64,000 nt of DNA from Eledone cirrhosa (GCA_964016885.1 OZ024740.1:420980001-421044000); one strand, 5' to 3'; positions 1-12,542 are shown, counted from the first letter of the stretch. A program made the numbers and translations. The notes: generated from the sequence alone by a model not told the origin.

Positions 1-9
1 AGAGAATTT

Positions 10-222
10 GGGTGGTGGGGTGGCGCTGATGGTGATGGTGATGGTTGTGATGGTGGTGGTGGTGGTGGTTGTAGTTATGGTAGTGGTTGTGATGGTAGTG
101 GTGGTGGTGGTTGTAGTTGTGGTTGTGATGGTAGTGGTGGTGGTGGTAGTGGTGGTGGTAGTAGTAGTGGTGGGGGTGGTTGTGATGGTAGTAGTAGTAG
201 TAGTGGTGGTGGTAGTGGCAGC
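10..222. repeat. (GTG/GTA/GAT)n trinucleotide low-complexity tract
   Basis: Degenerate GGT/AGT/GAT triplet run. The poly-Val ORF 8..238 is just its translation. Confidence 0.9.
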
Positions 223-1599
223 AGGAGGAAATATTTAACAGAATTATTAGTTGTTTACAATTCCTCTTATATTGTATTATATAATTTTGTTTAGTTTTCC
301 CTTTTTTTTCTGAATTACTGTTTTATATATAAATTGATTATATTTCATCTTGACAAACTGACATTCAATTGTGTTTCATGTGTTTCATATATTGTTATAT
401 AATTCTTATTGTTGTGTAAATAGATGAAGACAAATAAAATGTCAGTGTGGCATATGTTATTGGGGAGGATATTGCTGGGGTTATGGGAGTCTTGCAGTCT
501 CTCAGACAATCCCTTTGTCTCTCATACAATTATTATTATGTTTTAATATTCATGGCTCCTTAAAAGTGGCAGAATTAGTAGAGCAGAGCTGAACATAATG
601 CTTTGAGGTATTTAGTTACATTCCTTTATGTTCTGAGTTCCAATACCACCAGAATCAATTTTACTTTTAATCCTTTAGTGTTGTATTTAAGCATAAGATA
701 AACAAGCTACAGCTTAGGGCTGCACAACTTGCAAGGGTCTCAATATGTTTTCAATTTATGTAAGACCTGGTGAAATATTTTTAAGATGGAGCCCCTAAGT
801 TTATATATTTTACAGCCTTTTCTTTTTCTCTTCTCTCTCTCTATTCTCACCCTTGATGGTGTCTAACATTGAATGGTTTTGACTTAACACCATTTATTCA
901 AATATTAGGGCATTCATATAGGGACTTAAAGGCATCAAGAAGCTGTCCATCAATCCCATACTCCTGTAACAGAATAATCCTGTGTTTTACCTGGCGAAGA
1001 TTCAAAACCGAATCTGAGGGTTCTCACCTCTAAAACCACCTATTGTTGGAGTTTCCCACCATTGTCCTGTCAAGAGACAAGTATGATAAACGTACATACC
1101 ACTTGACTTGTGGCCCCAGGTTCTTGACAAATGAAACACACATGGCTACTCATAAATCAACCCATATACACATCCTTCTAGCTATAGGGTTATAAATACA
1201 AGTACTTTGGGAATCCATCAGAGAGACACGAAGCAGCAGTCTGAGAATTACGATGTAGCCAATTCACTTTTACTCTATCTCTCTCTCCTGGCCTAAGGCT
1301 CTCACATTTCATACCAGCTTGACAAATTTGACTAACTACAGGATAAACACATGCACACACGCAGTAGGTTTACTTGTATTTTTCCCCTACTCTTTCGTCT
1401 TCCTGTTATTTCAAGTCTATTATATTGTATTGATACATGCATACACACAAGCTCGAAGTAGCTAGTCAGCAAATAATGTAGTGATAGTTGCTGTCGCAAT
1501 TTTATTACTTGATGTACCAACAAGTGATTATTGTTATTGTAAAATAAACATTGTCAACATCACAATTCTGACATTATTCTTTTTATCATTTATCCTGAA

Positions 1600-1830
1600 G
1601 AGAATACATTTATCCACTGCACTCCTGCCAAATCTTCCATAAGTCTCATGGAATGTTGTCATATGTTTTTTGAGGTCTATGAAACAAGTATACACCTTTT
1701 GGCAATACTCCCATGATTTCTCAAAGACCTGCCATAATGTGAATATTTGGCCGGCAGACCTGCATCTGGGGCGAAAGCCACACTGCTTGTCAGCTAGCTT
1801 GGACTCAACAATATCACTATATCCTTTTAC
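1600..1830 (-). mobile_element. Decayed LINE (RTE-like) reverse transcriptase fragment
   Basis: ORF 1534..1848(-) contains QCGFRPRCRSAGQIFTLWQVFEKSWEYCQKVYTCFIDLKK, matching the non-LTR RT motifs QxGFRxxRSxxDQIFxLRQxxEK...FIDLxKA. Frameshifted afterwards. Confidence 0.85.
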
Positions 1831-2017
1831 CAGACCCTGCCTCGCCATTCCTACATCTTTTTACCAGACACATCTTACACCCTCATCAATCTTACTAAAA
1901 AGTCGATGGTAAAGTGGGGGGGGGGGGTTTATTTATATTCAGGGTAAATATTTTGCCGATTTTCATGAACATCAAAATTCTTCATAAATGAGGTGTTAAA
2001 ATATTTTTGCTTTTAGA

Positions 2018-2245
2018 GTGAATATTACACCGGTTTCACTTTGGAGGTGGATATTACACCAGTTTCACTTTGTAGGTGAATATTACACCAGTTTCACTTT
2101 GGAGGTGAATATTACACCAGTTTCACTTTGGAGGTGAATATTACACCAGTTTCACTTTGGAGGTGAATATTACACCTGTTTCACTTTGGAGGTGAATATT
2201 ACACCTGTTTCACTTTGGAGGTGAATATTACACCAGTTTCACTTT
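2018..2245. repeat. 29-bp minisatellite, about 8 copies
   Basis: Unit gtgaatattacaccagtttcactttggag; period 29 read directly (ggagg at 2101 and 2130). Confidence 0.95.
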
Positions 2246-2480
2246 TGACATGAAATTCATATTTCCTATTGTATTTTAGATGTTTTGAAATAATATGGCC
2301 TTCAAAACAGTCGGAAATTGGTAAAGAAATCATTACGTAATGGAGTTGTGAAACAAACTATACTCAAAACAACATTTAAAACATTTTAAATATAAAAAAA
2401 AACTTCATAAATATATTTTCCACTCATGAAGTTTTCAAAACCATTTAAACATATTGTGTTGATTAGCTGTCTCAACTTAA

Positions 2481-2701
2481 CCCTTTAGCATTCAAACCGG
2501 TCATATCCGGCCAGAAATGTCTCACCTCTTTCTGTTCAAATCGGCTGTAACTGGTCACTCATACTGATGTTAACGTAGTTTTTTCAAGATAAATAACATA
2601 AAAATCTCATAGATTTGATATTATGTGAGATAATTATGTAAGATAAAGTGTTTACTACCAAAATACAATAGTATATATAGAGGAATGTGAATGCTAAAGG
2701 G
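2481..2701 (+). mobile_element. piggyBac-like MITE, complete
   Basis: 14-bp terminal inverted repeats ccctttagcattca / tgaatgctaaaggg, flanked by TTAA at 2477-2480 and 2702-2705. No coding capacity. Confidence 0.85.
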
Positions 2702-3326
2702 TTAAACAGGGTTTTGTTTTTACCCATTTCTCAGACATAAAATAGGGGTCAGCTTTTATCTTGATTGGCTTCTATTTGAGTATATACTATATGTCATTCG
2801 TATTTTGTTACTTTATTTTCGTTTACTTGTTTCATTTACCCCCCCCCCCCCCCCCCTAGCAGTTTCTACTGGTTTATGTTGTCTTTAATGTTTACACCAC
2901 CATCACCATCATCATCATCACGCCAACATTTTGTCCACTTGTAACAGTGTTAAAGCAATATATGTAGGACTTAATTGAAAGGGAAGGGCAGTCAAACAAA
3001 CCCACCCACAACCATAATTACGCACACACCTACAACCATAATTACACACACACACACAAACACAATCACACACACAAAAACACAATCATGATCACACACA
3101 CACACAACCATGATCACACACAGACACAGATACAACCATGATCACACACACAACTATGATCACATACACACAGATACAACAATGATCACACATACACTTC
3201 ATGTAGCTAGGTTTTGTATTATTTTTAGTAATCTGGACAACATTTTATGTCTTACCATGCTACCGTTATTTGTTTCTATTGTCTATTATCTAAACTTTAA
3301 ACATATCACAACATTTAACAGTTTAA

Positions 3327-3785
3327 GTTTACTTTCAATACTGTTTTAATATCACTTTAAAGACCAGTTTACTTTCAATACTGTTTTAATATCACTTTAA
3401 AGACCAGTTTACTTTCAATACTGTTTTAATATCACTTTAAAGACCAGTTTACTTTCAATACTGTTTTAATATCACTTTAAAGACCAGTTTACTTTCAATA
3501 CTGTTTTAATATCACTTTAAAGACCAGTTTACTTTCAATACTGTTTTAATATCACTTTAAAGACCAGTTTACTTTCAATACTGTTTTAATATCACTTTAA
3601 AGACCAGTTTACTTTCAACACTGTTTTAATATCACTTTAAAGACCAGTTTACTTTCAATACTGTTTTAATATCACTTTAAAGACCAGTTTACTTTGAATA
3701 CTGTTTTAATATCACTTTAAAGACCAGTTTACTTTCAATACTGTTTTAATATCACTTTAAAGACCAGTTTACTTTCAATACTGTT
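3327..3785. repeat. 40-bp minisatellite, about 11.5 copies
   Basis: Unit gtttactttcaatactgttttaatatcactttaaagacca; near-identical copies. Confidence 0.97.
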
Positions 3786-5769
3786 AATGAGAGGAATGTT
3801 TCTGAGGTCACCATTTGACCTGTTGACATAATGAAATATATATTCTCTATTGTCTGAAGTGCTAAGACAATAGGTTCTGAAATATAAATTCCTAGAACTA
3901 CACCCACTAACATTAACCAAATTGTTAACAGGCCAATGAGGAGGTCTTTACATGGTCATTTGAACCATTAGAAATACTAACCAAATATTCCTCAAGTCAC
4001 ACCATGCCATCTTATAAAAAAGGAAGGGTATATTGTGCTTCTAAATATACAAAACAGAAGACTGTAACCCCTTTTCTTCTTCCCATTCTCCATCTCTTTT
4101 TTCTTCTTCTTCCTCTTGCTTCTTCTGTCTTCTTTTTCCTCCTCTTCCCCCTCCTCCTCCCATTCTATTCCTTACATTGTAAAAGCTGTCCAAAGTCTCC
4201 ACACATAAAAGGAACAAACTTTCTCTTTTCACTCTCAGTATTATACTTCTGTTTACTTTCATACTTTTTATTCTGCAATAACTTAAGCTGTTTTGTTTTT
4301 AATCTGGAGATATTTTGTTTTTGTCAGTTTATGTCTTGTTAAAGACTTACAGTTCTACAGGAATTAGTGGGAATTATTTTTATTTAGATTTACTTTCTGG
4401 GACTACATTATTAAGATTCCATTTCTTTTTGTGTATATTTCAAAGTTGGTCAGAAAATACAAGTATTCTTTTAAACATTGACTCAGCTAGTGTCAGATAA
4501 ATATATACATATATATTAGGTCTGAACATAATTGTTTCTACTTTAGGCAGAAGGCCAATGGAATCAAGTTCCCATTGTCACTGGCTCCGTCTCTCCAGTC
4601 ATTTCCTGAATGTTGTTTTAACTGGGGAAATGATCTTCAAATAATTGTATGTGATGATGATGATAACGGTTTCTGGTTTAGATACAAGGTCACAAGTTGG
4701 GATTTGGGTGCAGTTGGTTCAAGCTGCTCAGGTACTTGACTGATAATTTATTTTATCAACTCCAAAAGGCCGCACACACCTGGTGGGATTGAAATTCACA
4801 AGGTAAAGTGACTAGGTAAAATAAATGAAATGATATAGCTACAATCAGGTAATCGAGGCCTAGTTGTGAATTTTAGCTCACCAAAATCATTCCCTCCTTC
4901 CTTAACTTAACCTTTAACTTACAGACAGTTCATGTACCCTCTCATTGTCATTGCGTTGCTACCTGGAGCTAATTTAAGAACAAACACCGAGTCTAATCGC
5001 TGGGTACCAATTAAAAAAAAAAAATAAAACGTAGCTAATGATTACTTTTACTGGCTTTTAAAATATTCATCTAAGACAAACACCCTTCCCCCTTCCACAT
5101 ACCCTCTCCCTCCTTCCAAGTACCCTCTATTCCTTCCAACCACCCTCTACCCCTTCCAACCACTCTCCCAAACATACACACATACACCCCTTTCTCAAGC
5201 ACCCTCTCCCCCTCCAGGCATCCCCCACCCTTTCCAACTACTCTCTCCTCTTTCAACCACACTCTCCCCCTCTTCCCAAGCACCATCTCCCCCTCCAACC
5301 CCCCCCTCCCAACCACTCCCCCTCCTCTTCCCAAGCCCACTCTCCCACTCCTAACCCCCCTCCCCCTCCAGCCACCTTCAGTTCAAGTAGTTCACCACAT
5401 ATCCAACCTGATGTCCAACTGGTCAACAGTCTACATGTTCCTTGATGGCCTGTAAACATGTACACACTGTCATTGTCCGACTGTCATTTCGAGTCCACAG
5501 ATGGTTCAGAATGAGAAAAGCAAAAAAGAAATTTGCTCAATTGTGGTGATCTCACACATTTTTAATCTTTTCATCTTGTTTTCTTCTTCACTTTTTTAAA
5601 CTCCACCATTCCCTGTTATTTTATGTACACCGTCCACACCATTATTGTTGTCTATATTGTTTACACGTTTATATATGTAAACCCTCTCTGTCTCTGTATT
5701 GTTCCCTATATGTCGGCCCTTGTAGCCAATCATCATCATCATTTGAAACAATTATTTTTATTATTATTA

Positions 5770-5958
5770 AGCGTTAGACTCCATGCTTTACAGCATAGAG
5801 TTATGACCCTTTATGTTCTGAGTTCAAATCCCGCCAGGGTTAACTTTGCCTTTCATCCTTACGGGGTCGATAAAATAAAGTACCAGTAATACACTGGGAT
5901 AATTTCTGGCCTTGTGCCAAAAGTAGAAACAATTATTATTATTATTATTATTATTATT
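5770..5958 (+). mobile_element. tRNA-derived SINE family B with (ATT)n tail
   Basis: Box B gagttcaaatcc, body tttgcctttcatccttacggggtcgataaaataaagtaccag, tail ggccttgtgccaaaagtagaaacaattattatt. Matches copies at 6265, 10333 and 11090. Confidence 0.8.
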
Positions 5959-6260
5959 AGGCTAGCTAACTTGAGGAGAGGGGTGCTCTCCCTGGGTGCC
6001 TTAGAAGCGCAGGGTGGTTCAGGATTGGTGGGGTACCCGAGTCACCCCAGGATCGTCCACCCCCTATCGGGGAATTTATTTTGTTATATTTACGCATAGT
6101 TTATTTTATATTTTTATATCTTCATTGTTAAATTAGTCTTGCCATTGTACACTTTTACTCGACCTTATTGTAAACCCCCACTGTCCCTGTCTTTGTATTG
6201 TCCCTACATGTCGGCCCTTGTGGCTAATAAATGAAATCATTATTATTATTATTATTATTG
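5959..6260 (+). mobile_element. Probable 3' end of a non-LTR retroelement with (ATT)n tail
   Basis: Ends gtcggcccttgtggctaataaatgaaatc(att)n. A diverged copy of the same end lies at about 5678-5770. Family not identified. Confidence 0.45.
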
Positions 6261-6264
6261 TTGT

Positions 6265-6386
6265 TGAGTTCAAATCCCGCCGAGGTTAACTTTGCCTTTC
6301 ATCCTTACAGGGTCGATAAAATAAAGTACCAGTAATGCACTGGGATAATTGCTGGCCTTGTGCCAAAAGTAGAAACAATTATTATT
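6265..6386 (+). mobile_element. SINE family B, 5'-truncated
   Basis: Near-identical to 5820-5940 from box B to the tail. Confidence 0.8.
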
Positions 6387-6534
6387 AATCAAATTAATCT
6401 CTCACCTCCCCCCACCCTATTTACTTCTCTCTCTTCCAGTTGGGCCTCATTGTTTTATCTCATTTCCTCCTTCTTATTCTTCTTCTACTTCTCTCTTTCT
6501 TTCACAACCATTCATTCTCTATCATTCTCTTTCA

Positions 6535-6977
6535 CACTCTCTCTCCCTCCCTCTCTCTATCATTCTCTCTCTCTCTCTCTCTCTCCGTTTTGCCTTCCTT
6601 TTTTTTTCTTTTTCTCATTCCCCTGTTTAATCCCCCACCACCACCTAGTCTTTATCTTTTTTATCTGATCTCTCTCTCTCACACTCTCACTCACTCACTC
6701 ACTCACTCTCTCTCTCTCTCTCTCTCTCACACACACTTTCACTCACTCACTCTCTCTCTCTCACACACACTTTCACTCACTCTCTCTCTCTCTCTCTCTC
6801 TCACACACACTTTCACTCTCTCTCTCTCTCACACACACTTTCACTCTCTCTCTCTTACACACACACACACTTTCACTCTCTCTCTCTTACACACACACAC
6901 ACTTTCACTCTCTCTCTCTTACACACACACACACTTTCACTCTCTCTCTCTTACACACACACACTTTCACTCTCTCT

Positions 6978-7009
<32 letters not shown>

Positions 7010-7021
7010 TTTTCACTCTCT

Positions 7022-7052
<31 letters not shown>

Positions 7053-7143
7053 TTTCTCTCTCTCTCTTACACACACACACTTTCACTCTCTCTCTTACAC
7101 ACACACACACTTTCTCTCTCTCTTACTCACACATACACTTTCA

Positions 7144-7181
<38 letters not shown>

Positions 7182-7190
7182 CTTTCTCTT
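6535..7190. repeat. Compound (CT)n/(CA)n microsatellite
   Basis: Alternating ctctct and acacac blocks with tttcact spacers. ORF 6440..7234 (SLSHTHF) is spurious. Confidence 0.9.
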
Positions 7191-8154
7191 CCCCCTCTTT
7201 TTTACACACATGTACACCACACACACCAAACTGAATTATTTAACAGTTGTCCTTAAGCACTTCTTAGTGTGTTCCTGACACTTCCCCATCATCAGCAGCT
7301 CCATCACTACTATCACTCATACCACCACCATTACCACCACCACTACCACCTATACTTCAACTAACACCCCTACCACTATCACCTATACTAACACCACCAC
7401 CACCACTACCACCTATACTTCAACTAACACCTCCATTTAGTAGTTTCTTTGACACTTAATCCTTAAGTTATATCTTCCATTTTTTTGAAGCACAACTTTG
7501 TGTGTGTGTTGTATGTGCATGTGTGTGCATGTGTGTACATCTGTGTACATCTGTGTACATCTGTGTGCATAGATTACATTTTCCTTTCTCTATTTCTTTT
7601 TTTTAATTCTTATATTTCTGAAAAATATTTTAAATATCTTTAATTTAATTTCTTCAATATAGATTTAAAATATTTTTTCTCCATCTCTCTCTGTCTCTCC
7701 CTCTCACCCCTCCCTACCTCTCGCTCTCTCTCTCTCACGCTTCTCTCTCTCCCTCTCACCTCTCCTAGAGAGAGAGAGAGAAAGATACTTTCTCTCTCTC
7801 TCCCCTCCCTCACACTCCCCCCACCCTCTAATCACATTCTACCTTTCTCACTTTCTCACATTAACAATCAGACTTTACACATATAATCCCTTATGCACAC
7901 ACACACCAATGCAAATACACACACACACACACCTAAGCACACACCCACATACACACCTATCCACTCACACACACACCTATCCACTCACACACCCACCAAT
8001 GCACACACACACACACACACCTATCCACACACACTAAATGTCTACCAATTCTGTTACTTCAAGTGGATCTAGAATATGAAATTCTTTTTTACTGTGTTTT
8101 GATTTGTGGTTTCTTAATCCTTCACACTATGTTTGGGTGTTTATCCTAGTTTTT

Positions 8155-8201
<47 letters not shown>

Positions 8202-8279
8202 TTACTATTTAACTATTTAATATCCATTTTCCTTGCTAGCATGGGTTAGACAATGATATATAATATATATATGATACAT

Positions 8280-8617
8280 GGAGGCACATGGCTTAGTGGT
8301 TAGAGTATTGGGCTTGCAATCGAAAGGTTGTGAGTTCAATTCTCAGACCGGATGAATTATTGTTTCCTTGAGCAAGACACTTTATTTCACATTGCTCCAG
8401 TTTACTCAGCTGTAGAAATGAGATGATAGGGACTGGGGGCCCTATCATTCCACTGCAAAGTAGCCATGGAGGTGCCACGGCAAAAAAACACCCAGCACTC
8501 ACTGTAAATGAGGTTGGTGTTAGGAAGGGCATCCAGCTGTAGAAATCAAGCCAGAATCAGTTGCCGTCCCACCCTTGTAAGCAGGGAAAAGCAGACGTAA
8601 AATGATGATGATGATGA
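8280..8617 (+). mobile_element. tRNA-derived CORE-type SINE family A with RTE tail, full length
   Basis: Box A tggcttagtgg, box B gagttcaattc, CORE-like ccttgagcaagacactttatttcacattgctccagtttactcagctgtagaaatgag, 48-bp module, then tail cacccttgtaagcagggaaaagcagacgtaaaa(tga)n. Confidence 0.88.
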
Positions 8618-8681
8618 TAATACATGTATATATATCTAACCCATGCTAGCGTGGAAGATGGACATTAAATGAAGATGATGA

Positions 8682-8730
<49 letters not shown>

Positions 8731-9134
8731 TATCATCATCATCATCATGATCATCATTTAACGTCCATTTTTCACACTAGCACGAGTAGGAAAGGCTGTC
8801 CTTTTGTAAGCAATCAGGTTGGAGGACTGTGTTTTGCTCACACAGAACTGATTTTGGCTATATATATATTTATATATATATATATTATTATTACCATTAA
8901 ATGTCCATTTTTCCACACTAGCATTACACATACACACACATATATATATATATATCATCACCGTTTAATGTCCATTTTCCACACTCTAACTTGGGTTGTA
9001 TTCCATATATCTTTTTCCTTCTTTTTACTAAATTGTAATAACAAAAGCATTAGTTAGGTAACATGTATTGGAATATTTGTAAGGCTATTAAATGATTTAG
9101 GAAATCTAGTGTATCATCCTAATTTGTTATATGT

Positions 9135-9345
9135 CATCACCATCATCATCATCACCGTTTAATGTCCATTTTTCCATGCTAGCATCGGTTAGAAGAGTTG
9201 TCTCGTTGTGAGACAAGTCAGATGACCATGTTTTACTCATACAGAACTGTTTCTGGCTTGGTTTCTATGGCTGGATGCCCTTCCTAATGCCAAAGACATT
9301 TACAGCATGGGCTGGATTTTTTTTTTTTTATCGTGGCACCAAAAC
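9135..9345 (-). mobile_element. Short RTE family-2 3'-end fragment
   Basis: (cat)n...tttaatgtccatttttccatgctagcatcggtt...ggctggatgcccttcctaatgcca is the reverse complement of the LINE end at 17350-17500. Similar pieces at about 8640-8685, 8735-8860, 9925-10125 and 38880-38930. Confidence 0.7.
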
Positions 9346-9371
9346 AACCAACTGGCAGGTTGGACTGTGTA

Positions 9372-9680
9372 TCATCATTTCATTCATTTCATTTTACGTC
9401 CGCTTTTCCCTGCTTGCAAGGGTGGGACGGCAACTGATTCTGGCTTGATTTCTACAGCTGGATGCCCTTCCTAACACCAACCTCATTTACAGTGAGTGCT
9501 GGGTGCTTTTTTGCAGTGGAATGATAGGGACCCCAGTCCCTATCATCTCATTTCTACAGCTGAGTAAACTGGAGCAATGTGAAATAAAGTGTCTTGCTCA
9601 AGGAAACAACACATCACCCGGTCTGAGAATTGAACTCACAACCTTTCGATTGCAAGGCCAATGCTCTAACCACTAAGCCA
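9372..9680 (-). mobile_element. SINE family A, internal deletion in the 48-bp module
   Basis: Reverse complement of 8280-8617; lacks part of the module (gggtgcttttttgcagtggaatg). Confidence 0.88.
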
Positions 9681-10289
9681 TATATATATATTATATTATA
9701 TATATATTTAGAATAGGTACTTTGTATCTCTGTGTGTCGGAAGAAAGGACCTATATGGTTAGCTCCAGGAAGGACATCCAGTTGTAAAAGACGGTCTCAA
9801 AATGTCTCATCGAAGCCATGCTAGCATGGGGAAATGGATGTAAAAATGATGATGCTGAAGTGCCACAAATAGTGTCAGATGAAACACCATAGGAAAGGAA
9901 AGCAAAGAAATGCAGACATACACATCATCATCATCTTTGTCACCATTATCACCATTTAATGTTTATTTTCCATGAATGGGTTAGATAGGATGTCATATTA
10001 TGAGGCTAGACAGGTCAGGTAGCCGTATCTCGCTCATATTCACTGTTTTTGGCTTGGTTTTCTACAGCTAGATGTCCCTACTAACAATAACCCCTTTACA
10101 GTGTGTACTGGGAGCTTTTTTCATGGCCAGAAGGCTCATTTGGCCGGTGCTTATCCCAGTTTAGTGGTGTGAAGTGACTGAGAGTACAAGACTTCCTTCT
10201 AGACAGGATGCCAGTCCATCACTGGGTTAAACCCTCAGCTAAATGAAGTATTTTGCTCAAGAACAAAACACACAACCCAGTCAAGTCAA

Positions 10290-10760
10290 TTGAAAGTGTG
10301 CCATTTCCCATCACAACACCCAACCTCATAATTGTTTCTACTTTTGGCACAAGGCCAGCAATTATCTCAGTGTATTACTGGTACTTTATTTTATCGACCC
10401 CGTAAGGATGAAAGGCAAAGTTAACCTCGGTGGGATTTGAACTCAGAATGGCAAGGGACGTAACTATGCGTCAAAGCATGGCGTCCGACCCTCTACCGAT
10501 ACTGCCAATCCAACACCCAACCTCATAATGCATGGATTACATGTTCCACAAAGAACCTGTCTGGAAAAGGCTTCCACATCCTCCATATTCTCCTGACCTT
10601 GTTCCTTCAGATTATCATTTATTCTGATATTTGCAATTCTTTAGAGGCACTTGAAATGGACCTACATGGCTTTTCTCCTCAAAACCATCTGATTTCTATA
10701 GGAATGGCATAAGAAACCCTTTACGGGGTAGGAAGAATGTTATTGACTATATACTTGGTG
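10290..10760 (+). mobile_element. Mariner (Tc1/mariner) transposase fossil interrupted by a SINE
   Basis: From 10562 reads WKRLPHPPYSPDLVPSDYHLF* (mariner HPPYSPDLAPSDYHLF). Rejoining across the SINE gives HHNTQPHNAWIT (about HDNARPH). Downstream SKPSDFYRNGIR resembles the mariner C-terminus. Confidence 0.85.
10333..10510 (-). mobile_element. SINE family B with 19-bp target-site duplication
   Basis: Flanked by a perfect direct repeat caacacccaacctcataat at 10314-10332 and 10511-10529. Confidence 0.9.
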
Positions 10761-10797
10761 AAATTAGTGTGTAACTTGTGGCTTTTTATCTCTTTAA

Positions 10798-10975
10798 CCC
10801 TTTAGCATTTAAAGCGGCCATATCCGGCCAAAATCCTCTCACCTCTTTCTGTTCAAACCGGTCGTAACTGGCCATTCATACTGATGTTAAGGTATTGTTC
10901 TCAAAATAAATAATATCAAAATCTCATAGATTCGATATTATGTGAGATAAATCCTTTACCGTGAAAATACTATAT
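10798..10975 (+). mobile_element. piggyBac-like MITE, right end missing
   Basis: TTAA followed by ccctttagcatt; colinear with 2481-2670. Confidence 0.8.
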
Positions 10976-11089
10976 TAAATTTAGGGTAATTAAGGCTTAA
11001 TGCCTAAAACCAAAACTGATATTACTTACGGGATGACCTTTTATCTCTCTCTATATATATGTTTATTGTGTTTAAGCAGGCGTTAAATA

Positions 11090-11272
11090 AGTGTTTCTTC
11101 TTTTGGCACAAGGCCAGCAATTACCCAGTACATTACTGGTACTTTATCTTATAAACCCCATAAGGACAAAAGGCAAAGTTAACCTCGGCGGGATTTGAAC
11201 TTAGAATGGCAAGGGCCATAACTCTATGCGTCAAAGCATGGCATCCGACCCTCTACCGATACTGCCAATCCA
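11090..11272 (-). mobile_element. SINE family B
   Basis: Near-identical to 10333-10510. Confidence 0.85.
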
Positions 11273-12020
11273 CCACAGACGTGAAATAATGGTGATGATG
11301 ATATATATTTATATTATATTATTTTTTTTCTTTCTCTTTTACATTCATTTCTAAACACCTCTGAACTGTGTATTACAGTAATTTCCAGTTGGTCTGTATT
11401 TCTGCAGCTTTCTTATAAAGCCAGGACATTCTGTTAAGACATCTAAAATTACAGTAGTTTAAAACTAATTAATGAGAGAACAACTTTACACTTCACTGTC
11501 TCCTGTCTTGAAAATGTTCCTCTAGTCAAATAAACATTCTTTGATATATCTCTGTGTGTGTGTGTATATATATATATGTGTGTGTATATTTATGTGTGTG
11601 TATATATATGTGTGTATATATACGTATGTGTATATATATATGTGTGTGTGTGTATATGTGGTTCAGTAAATTTGTGGGGTTCTGAGGAGGGGACCAAAAT
11701 CAACATTGTATGCTATTACTCTATTACGTGTTCTAGCTGACAGGCTGGGGCCATGCTGGTCCAGCTTTGTTTTTAATATATATGTGTGTGTGTTTGGATG
11801 TACGTATGTAGCTTGTTAAGTATATAAACATGTATATATATATATATATGGGATAACAAATTATCGTTATAAGTAATCCAGTTAGAGGTTGTGAGTACTC
11901 TGTATTGTGGATAGTTTTAACGTACGGCGTTGTTTGACTCAACAAGAGGTTTCCTTAGTTGGATGGTGAGTACCTGGGAATTCCTATGCAGGTTATTCTT
12001 GGAGTAATAATAGTGAAATA

Positions 12021-12306
12021 GTGAAGAATAACATGGTCAACAGTACAAAAAGGGTTTTATTTACAGTATTAACAATTGTTTCATTGATTAGGTCTAAAGA
12101 TTGTTAATCACTCGAAGTTGTGTCACTCAATCTTAAATACAGTGTATGCCTAATCAAATCATCGGAATAACACTTATTCCGATGATTTGATTAGGCATAC
12201 ACTGTATTTAAGATTGCTAATCACTCAAAGACATCCTAATCAATGAAACAATTGTTAATACTATAAATAAAACCTTTTTTGTACTGTTGACCATGTTATT
12301 CTTCAC
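12021..12306. repeat. Foldback element: 72-bp outer arms and a perfect 43-bp inner palindrome, with degenerate hammerhead motifs on both strands
   Basis: Arms at 12021-12092 and 12235-12306. Inner arms at 12128-12170 and 12174-12216 around a cac loop. Confidence 0.9.
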
Positions 12307-12315
12307 TCTTTCACT

Positions 12316-12357
12316 ATATATATATATACATAGATATATATATATATATACATATAC

Positions 12358-12394
<37 letters not shown>

Positions 12395-12475
12395 AATATA
12401 TATACATATATATATATACATATACATATAAATATATATACATATATACATATATATATATACATATACATATAC

Positions 12476-12542
<67 letters not shown>
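12316..12542. repeat. (TA)n/(TATACA)n microsatellite
   Basis: Read directly; abuts the LINE tail. Confidence 0.95.

Noticed and set aside
4581-4660. FPECCF...IIVCD reading resembling DDAH PDCVFVED
   Set aside because: It lacks the essential ED residues and the RPG motif, and it lies among decayed SINE fragments.
8280-8352. tRNA genes at the SINE heads (also 18609 and 37732)
   Set aside because: A and B boxes are present, but each continues into the CORE domain and LINE tail, so these are SINE heads and not standalone tRNAs.
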